Source of the DNA: Gammaproteobacteria bacterium
Lineage (GTDB): Bacteria > Pseudomonadota > Gammaproteobacteria > JASBUN01
Assembly (NCBI GenBank): GCA_030147845.1
Contig: JASBUN010000031.1
Span: forward strand, 13,472-77,471
DNA length: 64,000 nucleotides
Direction: 5' to 3'
Below, in pieces: positions 1 to 10,406 of the stretch. The first letter of the stretch is position 1; each line of letters begins with the position of its first letter. The notes below the pieces were generated by a model. That model was given only the letters and a program-made list of their open reading frames with translations. It was not told the origin of the DNA and searched no databases. The position numbers were made by a program, and so were the translations under genes.

Positions 1-933
1 ACGACCAAGGACACCAACGAACGCAACGCCATGATCGACAGCGTCGCGGTCGGCTGGCACACCAGCGAACTGTGGCTGCTGGTCCTAGGTACGGCGCTCT
101 TCGGCGCATTTCCGCCGGCATTCAACCTAGCCATGCGCGCGCTGTTGGTGCCCGCCGCACTGTTGATCGCGGGGCTGGCCGTGCGCGGCGTAGCATTGTG
201 GAATCGACGCCACCGGCATCGCGCGGACTCCGGCATCGGCGTAGTGCTCGGCACGGCCCTGACCGTGCTCGCCCAGGGATTAATGCTGGGCGCCTATATC
301 AATGGGCTACCGTCTGCCGGCCATCCGCTTGCTGCGAGTCTTACTGATGGCTGGATGTCGTCGACGTCGGCGCTCACCACCTTGGTTGTCACCTGTGCGT
401 ACATGCTTATGGGCGCGACCTTTTTGATTCGAATCGTCCGCAGCCATCAGTCTCGAAGACGGTACCGGATTTATGCCTGCGCTCTCGGCATTCTGCTCGC
501 CGCCAGTGCGATCGCAGTCGGACTACTGGAAATCAACCTTCGCGCCGGGCTAGTGGCAAAATGGAACACTAAGTCCGGCTTGGCGATACTCATCGTGCTG
601 CTGGCTGTCGCCACGGGCGCACTGATCGTGACGTTCGCCACCAGTATTCGCCGTCGTCGTACCCCATTTGGATGGAGCATTACGGCAGTGGCCGCACTGT
701 TCGTGACCTTTGCCTATGCGCTATTTCCATACTTGGTACCCGATTCTCTCACCGCGACCGCGGCAGCCTCTGCCGACTACATATTGGTATATCTTCTTAC
801 AGCCGCCGGCATCGTCATTCCCGTGCTGTTATTCTTCAATGGTTATCAGCGACTTTTACCCTACGACGGATTTCGTCTCAGCGATGGCGGCCATGGAATG
901 CAGGCGAAAACTCCGCATAAATCCATCGATTGA
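1..933 (+). CDS. cydB: Cytochrome bd-type oxidase subunit II-like membrane protein (divergent; 5' end outside window)
   Basis: Frame is open from base 1 (TTKDTNERNAMIDSV...). Multi-TM protein with E-x-WL...ALFGAFP, RGVA and C-terminal FPYLVP..LT...AA, typical of CydB/CioB. The canonical WDGNE motif reads WHTSE here. Confidence 0.7.
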   Translation, partial: TTKDTNERNAMIDSVAVGWHTSELWLLVLGTALFGAFPPAFNLAMRALLVPAALLIAGLAVRGVALWNRRHRHRADSGIGVVLGTALTVLAQGLMLGAYINGLPSAGHPLAASLTDGWMSSTSALTTLVVTCAYMLMGATFLIRIVRSHQSRRRYRIYACALGILLAASAIAVGLLEINLRAGLVAKWNTKSGLAILIVLLAVATGALIVTFATSIRRRRTPFGWSITAVAALFVTFAYALFPYLVPDSLTATAAASADYILVYLLTAAGIVIPVLLFFNGYQRLLPYDGFRLSDGGHGMQAKTPHKSID

Positions 934-1089
934 AGTAGAATCCTTTGAGGCAGTGCCCGAATCGACCATACGACGGCGGCGAGCTTGTCGCGCGCCCGCG
1001 CTATCCGTGTTCTTCATGCAAGTGCCCTTGAAAGCAATTCCCATCCCCGGTCTAATGCCATGACGTCGCCGAACGTGGAATCAAAAGGC

Positions 1090-2529
1090 ATGAAGAGTTT
1101 TCTGTCCCGATCCATCTGGCTACCGGCTATCATCACCGCCACCTTATTGCTCATTGCCTTGAGTCTGTTGGTCGGCATGTCTTGGCGTAGCCTGCAGCGC
1201 CTGGAACCTATGCGCCATCACCTGGACCTGGTGAATCATGCACAAGAAGCTGGACTACACTTACAACAAATTTTGATCGATACGCTGACCGGCAACGACG
1301 AGCTGGCGCCGCAGCAATTTCAGCAGGTACGCGCCGAGGTGGATTACATCATTCGTATGAACACGCATTTGGTCGCCAAAGATACTGTACGGTTGCGCCA
1401 ACTGCAGTATTTGCTCGCCAACATCGATGATCATCCGCAACTGTCCCTCATCGCTTCAGTAGATTTGATGCGTAAAATAATGTCTGCTGAAACGGGCGCC
1501 CACGACCTATTGCTTGAGCGTATCAAGCGGGACACTTTTATCGAGTTTGAAATCGCTGCAGGTATTATGATTCTCCTGCCGCTACTGGCACTTTTGGCGT
1601 TGTTCTTTCTGCGCCATCGCATACTAACGCCGCTGACCAATCTTCGCGTGTTGATGTCGGCCCTCGCACGACAAAACTACCGCGCCGCGTCCACCGAAGG
1701 CGTCGACTCCATGCTGTTGCCGCTGTTCGAGAATTACAACCATCTGGTCGGCCGATTAACAGAGCTGGAAAAATCGCATCAAGTACGCCAGCTTTCACTC
1801 GAGAGCGAAGTGCGCAATGCTACCCATACGCTGTTGCAGCAGCAGCGCAGCCTGGCCAATGCCGAACGCCTGGCAACGGTCGGAGAAATCGCCGCTGGAT
1901 TCGCGCATGAGCTGCGTAATCCGTTAGCAGGGATACAAATGGCGTTGGGCAATCTGCGTAGCGAACTGACGGATATCGAACATGCCGAGCGGTTGAATAT
2001 GGTAATCGATGAATTGAAGCGCATCGCACGTCTGCTAAACGACCTTCTCACCCAAGCGCACCAAGAACCGGAACCGCCGCGCGACGTCCATCTCGCCGAG
2101 GTAATCAACCAAGTCATCTCCTTGGCGCGCTATCAATTACCGCGCTCGATCGAGCTAAAGTGCAATATCCCGGAGCACCTGGCTTGCCGCCTACCCGAAG
2201 GCGGGCTACGCCAATCACTGCTGAATTTAATTCTTAATTCGGCCGAAGTCATTCAAGAGTGCGACGGCACTATCGAAATATCGGCTACCGCCACGCAGCA
2301 AGTATTGCAGCTATCGGTAACAGACAGCGGACCCGGCTTCCCGGCGACGTTGCTCGAAGCCGGCGTGCGGCGCTTTTCTACCGGGCGTGCACAAGGCACC
2401 GGACTCGGGCTCGCACTAGTACGCCGCTTCGCAAGCGACCTGGGCGGGCAACTACAGCTCACCAATATAGAACCTCACGGCGCATGCGCCACGCTTTTGC
2501 TTCCGTGCAAGGAAACTACATATGCCTGA
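1090..2529 (+). CDS. Two-component sensor histidine kinase (NtrB-like; 2 TM, HAMP, HisKA, HATPase)
   Basis: H-box AHELRNPL, N-box LLNLILNS, DSGPG and GTGLGL. Alternative start at 1060. Confidence 0.9.
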   Translation: MKSFLSRSIWLPAIITATLLLIALSLLVGMSWRSLQRLEPMRHHLDLVNHAQEAGLHLQQILIDTLTGNDELAPQQFQQVRAEVDYIIRMNTHLVAKDTVRLRQLQYLLANIDDHPQLSLIASVDLMRKIMSAETGAHDLLLERIKRDTFIEFEIAAGIMILLPLLALLALFFLRHRILTPLTNLRVLMSALARQNYRAASTEGVDSMLLPLFENYNHLVGRLTELEKSHQVRQLSLESEVRNATHTLLQQQRSLANAERLATVGEIAAGFAHELRNPLAGIQMALGNLRSELTDIEHAERLNMVIDELKRIARLLNDLLTQAHQEPEPPRDVHLAEVINQVISLARYQLPRSIELKCNIPEHLACRLPEGGLRQSLLNLILNSAEVIQECDGTIEISATATQQVLQLSVTDSGPGFPATLLEAGVRRFSTGRAQGTGLGLALVRRFASDLGGQLQLTNIEPHGACATLLLPCKETTYA

Positions 2530-3919
2530 CACGCTATTGGTCATCGAAGACGAAACGCTCCTAGGCAAAGAACTCGAAAGGCACTACCAACGACAAGGCT
2601 GGGAGGTCGTCCGCGCCGACAATATACGCAAAGCTCGCGCGGCGCTATTCGATCAACGCATACAACCGCTGGTGGTGCTCTCCGACATGAGTCTTCCGGA
2701 TGGGAGTGCTCTGGATCTGTTGGAAGAGACGCGTAGCGCAGGGATTAGCGGCGAGTGGATTCTGCTGACCGGCTACGGCAGCGTACCCGATTCGGTGCGC
2801 GCTCTGCGCATTGGCGCGTTTGATTTTCTCGAGAAACCGTGCGAACAAGAACGACTTGATTTGGTGGTTGCAGGTGCCGCGCGCAGCGCACGCGCGCAGC
2901 GCCGTTTACGCGACGAGGCCGCCGCACGCACGCGCCGATTCTCTCCCGCCTCGTTTCTCGGCCGCAGCGGCGCGGCGCAATCGGTCCGAACGATGTTGGG
3001 CAAGCTCGGCCAAGTACCCTTCAGTGCATTGATCATCAGCGGCGAAACCGGAACCGGCAAAGGCTTGGTGGCGCGCATCCTGCATCACAGCGGACCCCGA
3101 TCCGAGGGTCCGTTGGTGGAATTGAATTGCGCCGCACTGCCACGCGAACTGCTCGAATCGGAACTATTTGGACATGAGGCCGGCGCCTTTACCGGCGCAC
3201 GCGGTCGCCACCGGGGACTGCTTGAGCAGGCCAGCGAAGGTACACTTTTTCTCGATGAGATCGGCGAGATGGAACTCGATCTGCAGGCTAAACTTCTGAA
3301 AGCCATCGAAGATCGCACCATACGGCGGCTCGGCGGAGATAAGGAAATTGGCGTCGACGTGCAAATTATCGCGGCAAGTAATCGAGATTTGGAAAATAGC
3401 GTTAGAAACAACGAATTTCGGAGCGATCTCTATCATCGATTGAATGTCTTCAATTTGCATTTGCCACCGCTCAACAAGCGCATGGAAGATCTTGACGACC
3501 TCGTGCCCCTGTTTGTATCCGAATACAACGCCAAGGCCGGAAAAGCAGTACGCAATGTCCCGGACGTAGTCTGGCAACGTCTACGCGCGCATGATTGGAC
3601 CGGCAATGTGCGCGAATTGCGCAATGTCGTTGAACGCTGTGTGCTTTTTGCGGACGGCGACGTTTTTCCGGAACAATGGTTACAGCTGCGCAGTCCCGGT
3701 GGCGACAACTCACTGGCGAACAGTCCCAGTATCGAAGGCGACCGCTTGTCGCTACCGCTCGACGGCAGCATGGCGCTGGAAGACATGGATCGTTACATCA
3801 TTCAGAAAGCGCTGGAACGCAGCGACTACAACGTAACCGCCGCCGCGCGCGCGCTCGGTACAACGCGTGAAACGTTGCGTTATCGCATTCAGAAGTACGC
3901 GCTGAAACAATCCGATTGA
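2522..3919 (+). CDS. Sigma-54-dependent response regulator (NtrC/AtoC family; REC-AAA+-Fis HTH)
   Basis: REC domain, GETGTGK Walker A, ESELFGHEAGAFTGA, GNVRELRN, C-terminal HTH. Overlaps the kinase stop. Confidence 0.95.
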   Translation: MPDTLLVIEDETLLGKELERHYQRQGWEVVRADNIRKARAALFDQRIQPLVVLSDMSLPDGSALDLLEETRSAGISGEWILLTGYGSVPDSVRALRIGAFDFLEKPCEQERLDLVVAGAARSARAQRRLRDEAAARTRRFSPASFLGRSGAAQSVRTMLGKLGQVPFSALIISGETGTGKGLVARILHHSGPRSEGPLVELNCAALPRELLESELFGHEAGAFTGARGRHRGLLEQASEGTLFLDEIGEMELDLQAKLLKAIEDRTIRRLGGDKEIGVDVQIIAASNRDLENSVRNNEFRSDLYHRLNVFNLHLPPLNKRMEDLDDLVPLFVSEYNAKAGKAVRNVPDVVWQRLRAHDWTGNVRELRNVVERCVLFADGDVFPEQWLQLRSPGGDNSLANSPSIEGDRLSLPLDGSMALEDMDRYIIQKALERSDYNVTAAARALGTTRETLRYRIQKYALKQSD

Positions 3920-4146
3920 TCCAACCGTATAACGCCGAGCGCGCGCCGCTACTCATCCTTTCTGACCCACCTGCAGGACCATCCATGGGAGGCAGCGTTA
4001 CACGCTCCCCGTGTGCGCCGCCACCGCCTGCCAGCACGGCTCATATCCCCCCGGGCTAATACGCGCTGGTTGAAAACCACCCAGCCAATCCGGTTCAGGT
4101 CATCAATTTTCAGCGTTTATCCCTTTCTAACAAACGATTACATCGC

Positions 4147-4162
4147 TGGCACAGTTCATGCT
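4147..4162 (+). promoter_or_regulatory. Sigma-54 (-24/-12) promoter upstream of degP
   Basis: TGGCACAGTTCATGCT: GG at 4148-49 and GC at 4160-61 with exact N10 spacing. Confidence 0.75.
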
Positions 4163-4291
4163 TGTTATGTAAACAGACGATCATGCGCTGGCCCTAAACG
4201 CAAGCCCCTCACGACGGACCACGCCATAGGCACAGAGATTTCTTGAAGCGCACGCCGGGGCCCACACCAGAATCCGAGAAGACCGCTACCG

Positions 4292-5719
4292 ATGAGACAT
4301 TTCACCTCTGTAAAAACCTCCGCTTGGCTGCTGGGCCTAATGGCCTTAAGCGTACTTGCCCTATCCAGCCCAACCGCGTTAGCACAACTGCCCGACTTCA
4401 CCGGCTTGGTAAAAAACAACGCGCCTGCGGTGGTCAATATCAGTACCACTCGCGAAGTTACGGAAAGTAACTCCGACAACGCATTGCGCCAAGCCATCCC
4501 CGACCTACCGAATGACAGCCCGTTTCGCGACTTTTTTAAGCGCTTCTACGGTATCGAACCCAACACACCGCAAAAATTTGAAGAGCGGTCGCTCGGCTCG
4601 GGGTTCATTATTTCGCCGGATGGTTACATTTTAACCAACGCGCATGTGGTGAAAGACGCTAAAAGTATCCTGGTACGCATGCAAGACCGGACCGAGAAAC
4701 AGGCAAAATTGATTGGCCTGGATGAACGCACCGATGTTGCGTTGCTAAAAATCGACGGTAAGCACTATCCGACCATCAAAGTCGGCGACTCGTCCAAATT
4801 GCAAGTCGGCCAGTGGGTTTTGGCCATCGGTTCACCGTTCGGATTGGACTACAGCGCCACGGCCGGAATCATCAGCGCACTGGGACGCAATCTGCCGAGC
4901 GATACCTATGTGCCCTTCATCCAGACCGATGTTGCCGTCAATCCCGGTAATTCGGGCGGGCCACTATTTGATCTTAGTGGTGACGTGATCGGTATCAACT
5001 CGCAAATTTACAGCAACACCGGCGGCTACATGGGCTTGTCATTCGCCATACCCATTGATGTAGCGATGGATGTGGCCAAACAGCTCAAGGCGCACGGGTA
5101 TGTCACTCGCGGCTGGCTGGGCGTGGTCATTCAGAGCGTCACGCAGGATCTGGCTGAGTCATTCCATCTGAAAAAACCCGTCGGCGCGCTTGTGGCCAAG
5201 GTCGTTCCGAATAGCCCGGCGTCGAAAGCAGGCGTGAAGGTTGGTGACGTAATCATCGAATACGACGGTAAGCCAATCCAAGATTCCAGCGCCCTTCCAC
5301 CCTTGGTTGGCGAAACCGCAATCGGCAAGGTTGTGCCACTGAAAGTGCTACGCAATGGCAAAGAGAAAACCTTGTCGGTAAAAATCGCCCGCTTGGCGAA
5401 GAAACACGAAAAAGCAGCCGTTCACCATCATCGTAAGATTGGGCTGAATATCGTCGTCACCGATCTGACCAAGGCGCAACGCGAGCAGCTCGGTATCGGC
5501 GCGACCGGGGTATTGGTGAAGGAAGTAGCCGATGGTCCGGCAGAATCGGCAGGCATCAATCCGGGCGACGTAATTTTACAGCTTGACCATAAAGAAGTGC
5601 GTAACACCGAGACACTTCGAAAAATCGTCAAAGTGCTACCGAAAGGTCAAACGGTTCCGGTACTGATCATGCGCAACGGCAACGAGCAATTCCTGGCCTT
5701 GAAAGTGCCCGGCAAATAG
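4292..5719 (+). CDS. degP: DegP/DegQ (HtrA, Do-family) periplasmic serine protease with two PDZ domains
   Basis: Signal peptide, GSGFIIS, TNAHVV, DVALLK, IQTDVAVNPGNSGGPL, two PDZ domains. Confidence 0.93.
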   Translation: MRHFTSVKTSAWLLGLMALSVLALSSPTALAQLPDFTGLVKNNAPAVVNISTTREVTESNSDNALRQAIPDLPNDSPFRDFFKRFYGIEPNTPQKFEERSLGSGFIISPDGYILTNAHVVKDAKSILVRMQDRTEKQAKLIGLDERTDVALLKIDGKHYPTIKVGDSSKLQVGQWVLAIGSPFGLDYSATAGIISALGRNLPSDTYVPFIQTDVAVNPGNSGGPLFDLSGDVIGINSQIYSNTGGYMGLSFAIPIDVAMDVAKQLKAHGYVTRGWLGVVIQSVTQDLAESFHLKKPVGALVAKVVPNSPASKAGVKVGDVIIEYDGKPIQDSSALPPLVGETAIGKVVPLKVLRNGKEKTLSVKIARLAKKHEKAAVHHHRKIGLNIVVTDLTKAQREQLGIGATGVLVKEVADGPAESAGINPGDVILQLDHKEVRNTETLRKIVKVLPKGQTVPVLIMRNGNEQFLALKVPGK

Positions 5720-5749
5720 ATGTTCTGAGTTTTGGTCTACTCCCCTCTT

Positions 5750-5776
5750 GGGCGGCTCTAGTAGCCGCCCTTTTTT
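5750..5776 (+). terminator. Rho-independent terminator after degP
   Basis: GGGCGGCT-ctagt-AGCCGCCC followed by TTTTTT. Confidence 0.85.
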
Positions 5777-5968
5777 ATCCACGGCGCGAAATATTCGCCT
5801 CACCAGTCGCCCGCCGCCGCACAAGCTGGCGAGGCGGCGACGATTGGCCACCACAAGGCGTGCACGTTTCAGCTCGGCGTATGGGGCATAAGCACCCGCG
5901 CCCGGGGCTTTCCACCGGATTTCAGCCGATATATGACATTATTTCTTTTAAAGTCATACGGATAGAAT

Positions 5969-5985
5969 TTGGCACGCCACCTGCA
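5969..5985 (+). promoter_or_regulatory. Sigma-54 promoter upstream of tal-gnd-zwf
   Basis: TTGGCACGCCACCTGCA: GG 5971-72, GC 5983-84 (N10), preceded by an AT-rich tract. Confidence 0.72.
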
Positions 5986-6212
5986 CGCGTATCTATATCA
6001 GCACGCGCCGCGCGGCCCGAAACGATTACCTAAAACGGCCGGTGCAGCGTTGGCATATTCGCGCCGATTCGACAAGCGGTCTATGGTTAGCACGGTGCGA
6101 CCAGACGCTTTCCATACAGCCGCGCAAGCGACGAAAACCTTTGACTGGGTTGCGGAAGATAGCGCAGCACACTATTGGCGGCGCAACAGTAGCACACAAA
6201 TAGGAGCAAGCA

Positions 6213-7331
6213 ATGAGCGCGTCCCCCATTCTCCAACTCAAAAAATTAGGCCAGAGCATTTGGCTCGATTACATCGAGCGCCGTATCCTCGAGGATGGCA
6301 CATTAAAGAATTTCATCGATCAAGATGGCGTCGCCGGCATGACATCCAACCCGGCGATCTTCGAGAAAGCGATCAGCCACACCGACGAGTACGATGCGGC
6401 GATACGCGAAATGAGCCGAAGAGACGCATCACGTGATGAAATTTACGAAAAATTGGTCATCTACGATGTAAAAAAAGCAGCCGATATTTTTTCCACTGTA
6501 TACGCCGAAAGCGCCGGTACCGATGGCTATGTCTCGTTGGAAGTTTCGCCCTTACTAGCTCATGACACGCAGCGTAGTATTGACGAAGGTCGCCGTCTGT
6601 GGCGTTTACTGGAACGGCCTAACGTAATGATCAAGATTCCTGGGACACGCGCCGGCCTACCCGCCATTCGCCAGCTATTGAGTGAGGGAATCAACGTTAA
6701 CGTCACGCTGCTCTTTTCCGTCGATCGTTATCTGGAGGTTCTTGAACAATACATGGGTGCGCTGGAAGATCGAATCGGGCGCGGCGAACCGGTAGACCAA
6801 ATTGCATCCGTTGCCAGCTTCTTTCTTAGCCGAATTGACAATAAGGTGGATCCGCTGCTCGACAAAGTCGCCGAGTCGGCATCACCGCGCAAGGCGGAGG
6901 CCGCAGGCGCGCTTCGTGGCCAGGCCGCAATCGCATCCGCTGGGCTGGCCTACGCGCGTTACCGGGAGCACTGCAACACCGACCGTTGGCGTAAACTGAG
7001 CAACAGCGGCGCGCGAACTCAACGCCTGCTGTGGGCAAGCACCAGTACCAAAGACGAACGCTATAGCGACATAAAATATATCGAGGCGTTAATTTGGCCC
7101 GAGACGGTCAACACCGTCCCGCTCAACACACTTTCCGCCTACCGCCATCATGGCAAGCCGGGCCAACAGGCATCGCCACTGCGGACGGACGCTGAAAGCG
7201 TACTTGATCGGCTTGCCGATCTGGATATCGATTTGGCCGAGATTCACCGCCAACTAGAGCAAGAAGGTGTGAAGAAGTTCGTAGATCCCTTTGAGGCGCT
7301 ACTCGATACACTCAGCAAACAGCGGGATTAA
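6213..7331 (+). CDS. tal: Transaldolase (large, type-2/mycobacterial-like family)
   Basis: GQSIWLD, GMTSNPAIF, VSLEVSP, NVMIKIPGT, NVNVTLLFS, RLLWASTSTK. RBS AGGAG. Confidence 0.95.
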   Translation: MSASPILQLKKLGQSIWLDYIERRILEDGTLKNFIDQDGVAGMTSNPAIFEKAISHTDEYDAAIREMSRRDASRDEIYEKLVIYDVKKAADIFSTVYAESAGTDGYVSLEVSPLLAHDTQRSIDEGRRLWRLLERPNVMIKIPGTRAGLPAIRQLLSEGINVNVTLLFSVDRYLEVLEQYMGALEDRIGRGEPVDQIASVASFFLSRIDNKVDPLLDKVAESASPRKAEAAGALRGQAAIASAGLAYARYREHCNTDRWRKLSNSGARTQRLLWASTSTKDERYSDIKYIEALIWPETVNTVPLNTLSAYRHHGKPGQQASPLRTDAESVLDRLADLDIDLAEIHRQLEQEGVKKFVDPFEALLDTLSKQRD

Positions 7332-7389
7332 CCTCTCATCAAGCCACGGTTAACCAATTTTCGGAGCGCCGTCTTTAAGGAGATCATCA

Positions 7390-8844
7390 ATGAAACACGC
7401 GTCATGCGACATCGGCATCATCGGGCTCGGAACGATGGGAGCGAATCTAGCGCTAAACATCGCTGAACAGGGCTTTTCAGTCGCTGGATTTGATACCGAC
7501 AACGACAAATTGCGCTTGCTCAACGGGCAGGCCGAGCGAGAGCTTTCGGGTTCGTATCAACTAAGCACTGCCAGCGATCTCGGCGACTTCATTTCACTGC
7601 TCAAGCCGCCACGAACCGTGTTGCTGTTAGTTCCTGTTGGCGCACCGGTCGACGCGGTAATCGATCAGTTGCGCCCCCACTTGGAGCCTGATGACATCAT
7701 CATTGACAGCGGCAATTCGCATTTTACCGACACTGAACGCCGTGCAAAAAAGCTGGCGCGATCGCGCATTCGTCTGCTCGGCATGGGAATCTCCGGCGGT
7801 TCTGAGGGCGCAAGGCATGGGCCCAGCATGATGGTGGGCGGTCCTCAAGCTTCATGGGAACATGTAAGCAAGCTGCTGCGCGCGGCTTCCGCCAAAGTCG
7901 ACGGCAGCCCCTGCGTCGCATGGCTTGGGCGCGGATCCGCGGGCCATTACGTCAAGATGGTGCACAACGGCATAGAATACGGAATCATGCAGCTAATCGC
8001 CGAAACCTACGATGCGATGAAGCGCCTGCTGCACCTGAGCCATGAGCAAATGCACGAAATATTTCAGCGCTGGGCCGACGGCGCCATGGGCGGCTACCTG
8101 CTGGAAATTACCGCCGCCATCATGCTTGAGCAAGACGCGCTGAGCAGTGGCTATTTGCTCGATAAAATCCGTGACGCGGCGCGCCAAAAAGGTACAGGTA
8201 TGTGGACCAGCCGCGAGGCCATGGAGAGCCAAGTTCCGACGCCGGTAATCGATGCCGCAGTTAGCATGCGCGCACTATCGGATTACGACCAGCAACGCCG
8301 TCAGGTCAGCGAAATCCTAAACCAGCCTGAGCGGCACATCGAGCTGGAAACGGCGCCCTTCGTCCACGCATTAGGGGAAGCGCTGCATGCAGCTATGATC
8401 ATGACTTATGCGCAGGGAATGCAGCTCCTTTACATTGGCTCTCGCCGGCACAAATTTCAGTTGGTAATGGGCGATGTTGCGCGTATCTGGCGAGGTGGTT
8501 GCATTATCCGCGCGCGGCTGCTGGAAGATCTTCGCCAAATTTACGATGACCCGAATTACGTTACGTTGGACAACCCCATGTTCCATCCAAGCTTAGCCAA
8601 GCATTTGCGCACAGCACAAACCGAATTGCGCGAAGTGGTCGAAACCTGCGCGAAACAAGGCGTTCCCGCACCGGGATTTATGTCGGCGTTGAGCTACTAT
8701 GATGCCTTCCGCAGCGCATCCCTTCCGGCCAATCTCATCCAGGCGCAACGCGATTTTTTTGGCGCGCATACGTTCGAACGTATCGATCGAGACGGTCGTT
8801 TCCATATCGATTGGCTTAACTCAGAACAGGCACAACATGGATAA
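7390..8844 (+). CDS. gnd: NADP-dependent 6-phosphogluconate dehydrogenase (decarboxylating)
   Basis: GLGTMG, GHYVKMVHNGIEYG, QKGTG, IWRGGCIIRA, QAQRDFFGAH. RBS AAGGAG. Confidence 0.96.
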   Translation: MKHASCDIGIIGLGTMGANLALNIAEQGFSVAGFDTDNDKLRLLNGQAERELSGSYQLSTASDLGDFISLLKPPRTVLLLVPVGAPVDAVIDQLRPHLEPDDIIIDSGNSHFTDTERRAKKLARSRIRLLGMGISGGSEGARHGPSMMVGGPQASWEHVSKLLRAASAKVDGSPCVAWLGRGSAGHYVKMVHNGIEYGIMQLIAETYDAMKRLLHLSHEQMHEIFQRWADGAMGGYLLEITAAIMLEQDALSSGYLLDKIRDAARQKGTGMWTSREAMESQVPTPVIDAAVSMRALSDYDQQRRQVSEILNQPERHIELETAPFVHALGEALHAAMIMTYAQGMQLLYIGSRRHKFQLVMGDVARIWRGGCIIRARLLEDLRQIYDDPNYVTLDNPMFHPSLAKHLRTAQTELREVVETCAKQGVPAPGFMSALSYYDAFRSASLPANLIQAQRDFFGAHTFERIDRDGRFHIDWLNSEQAQHG

Positions 8845-10354
8845 TCACATAAAAAATCAATGTACAATTTTTGTTTTATTCGGTGCATGCGGTGATTTAT
8901 CGGCAAGACTGATCGTACCGGCGCTGTTCAACCTCTATCAAGACGAAAAGTTGCCCGAAAATTTGCTGCTGCTAGCCGTCGACCGAGAAGACATAGAAAT
9001 TCCCGAATTGGTTGATCGATTCCGCCGCAGTATTGCGGAACGCTCCGATAGCCGTGATGATGTGCGATGGCAACACTTTGCATCAATGTTCGCCTACCTG
9101 CAGGCCGACGTTACCCAAATCGAGTCGTTTCATCGTATCGCCGAACGACTATCGGAACAGGAGAAGACGTGGGACGCGGCGGCGCAGCGCATATTCTACA
9201 TGGCGACACCTCCCGGGTTATTCAGTCCGATCGCACTTGGGCTCGGCGCCGCCGGCCTCGCGGCATCTCAGGATCAAGCGCGCATCGTCGTCGAGAAACC
9301 TCTGGGCCGGGATCTAAAGTCATTTCAGGAAATCAACGAAGCATTGACAACCCATTTTGATGAAACCCAAATATTCCGCATCGATCATTTTCTCGGCAAA
9401 GAGACGGTGCAAAATATTCTCGCCCTGCGCTTTGCCAACTCGATATTTGAGCCGATTTGGAATCGCCGATATATCGATCATGTGGCGATAACCGTCGCCG
9501 AAACCTTGGGCGTGGAGCGCCGCGGACCTTATTATGAACGCGCAGGTGCACTTCGCGATATGGTGCAAAATCATCTATTACAACTTCTTTGCCTAGTCGC
9601 CATGGAACCTCCCGTGGCTTACGATGCGGATGATATCCGTTCAAAAAAATTGGACGTATTGCGCGCGATTCGCCCCATTCCCAGCGACCGCGTACACGAA
9701 TTTGCGGCGCGCGGACAGTACGGAACCGGGTGGATCAGCGGTTCTAAAGCCACTGAATATCGACATGAAGCCGACGTAGATCCACACTCGAACACGGAAA
9801 CGTTCGCTGCGCTAAAACTCCTGATCGACAATTGGCGCTGGCAGGACGTGCCCTTTTATCTACGCACGGGAAAGCGTATGGCCGCCGCAGTATCGGAAAT
9901 CTCCATTCGATTCCAAGACGTGCCGCATCACTCCTTTCCGGCCTCGGTTGGCTTGAACTCACAGCCGGCCCGTTTGGTTATCCAGATACAACCGGAAGAA
10001 GGCATTGTGCTGAAATTCATGGCCAAGGAACCGGGGTCAACGTTACGGCTACGTCTGGTGGATATGCGCTTCAGTTATCAACAGACATTCAACGCACGCA
10101 CCCCAGGCGCGTATGAAACCTTGCTGTGGGATGTCATGTCCGGGGATCCGACGTTATTTATGCGTTCAGACCAAGTAGAAGCGGCCTGGAAACTGATCAT
10201 GCCGATCTTGGATGTCTGGTCCGACAATCCGGCGCCGGATTTCCCCAACTATTCGGCCGGCAGTTGGGGGCCGGCATCGGCGGAAGTTCTCGCCGCCCGG
10301 GACGGAAAAAGTTGGCTCACGCCAACCTTACGGCCGGACACTGACGAGCACTGA
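8837..10354 (+). CDS. zwf: Glucose-6-phosphate 1-dehydrogenase
   Basis: FGACGDL, EKPLG, RIDHFLGKE, DMVQNHLLQ, PFYLRTGK. ATG at 8837 overlaps the gnd end. Confidence 0.95.
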   Translation: MDNHIKNQCTIFVLFGACGDLSARLIVPALFNLYQDEKLPENLLLLAVDREDIEIPELVDRFRRSIAERSDSRDDVRWQHFASMFAYLQADVTQIESFHRIAERLSEQEKTWDAAAQRIFYMATPPGLFSPIALGLGAAGLAASQDQARIVVEKPLGRDLKSFQEINEALTTHFDETQIFRIDHFLGKETVQNILALRFANSIFEPIWNRRYIDHVAITVAETLGVERRGPYYERAGALRDMVQNHLLQLLCLVAMEPPVAYDADDIRSKKLDVLRAIRPIPSDRVHEFAARGQYGTGWISGSKATEYRHEADVDPHSNTETFAALKLLIDNWRWQDVPFYLRTGKRMAAAVSEISIRFQDVPHHSFPASVGLNSQPARLVIQIQPEEGIVLKFMAKEPGSTLRLRLVDMRFSYQQTFNARTPGAYETLLWDVMSGDPTLFMRSDQVEAAWKLIMPILDVWSDNPAPDFPNYSAGSWGPASAEVLAARDGKSWLTPTLRPDTDEH

Positions 10355-10406
10355 TTTTTGATCCGAGCCACCGGTGAATGACTATCCACCTGCGACAGGG
10401 TCACGT

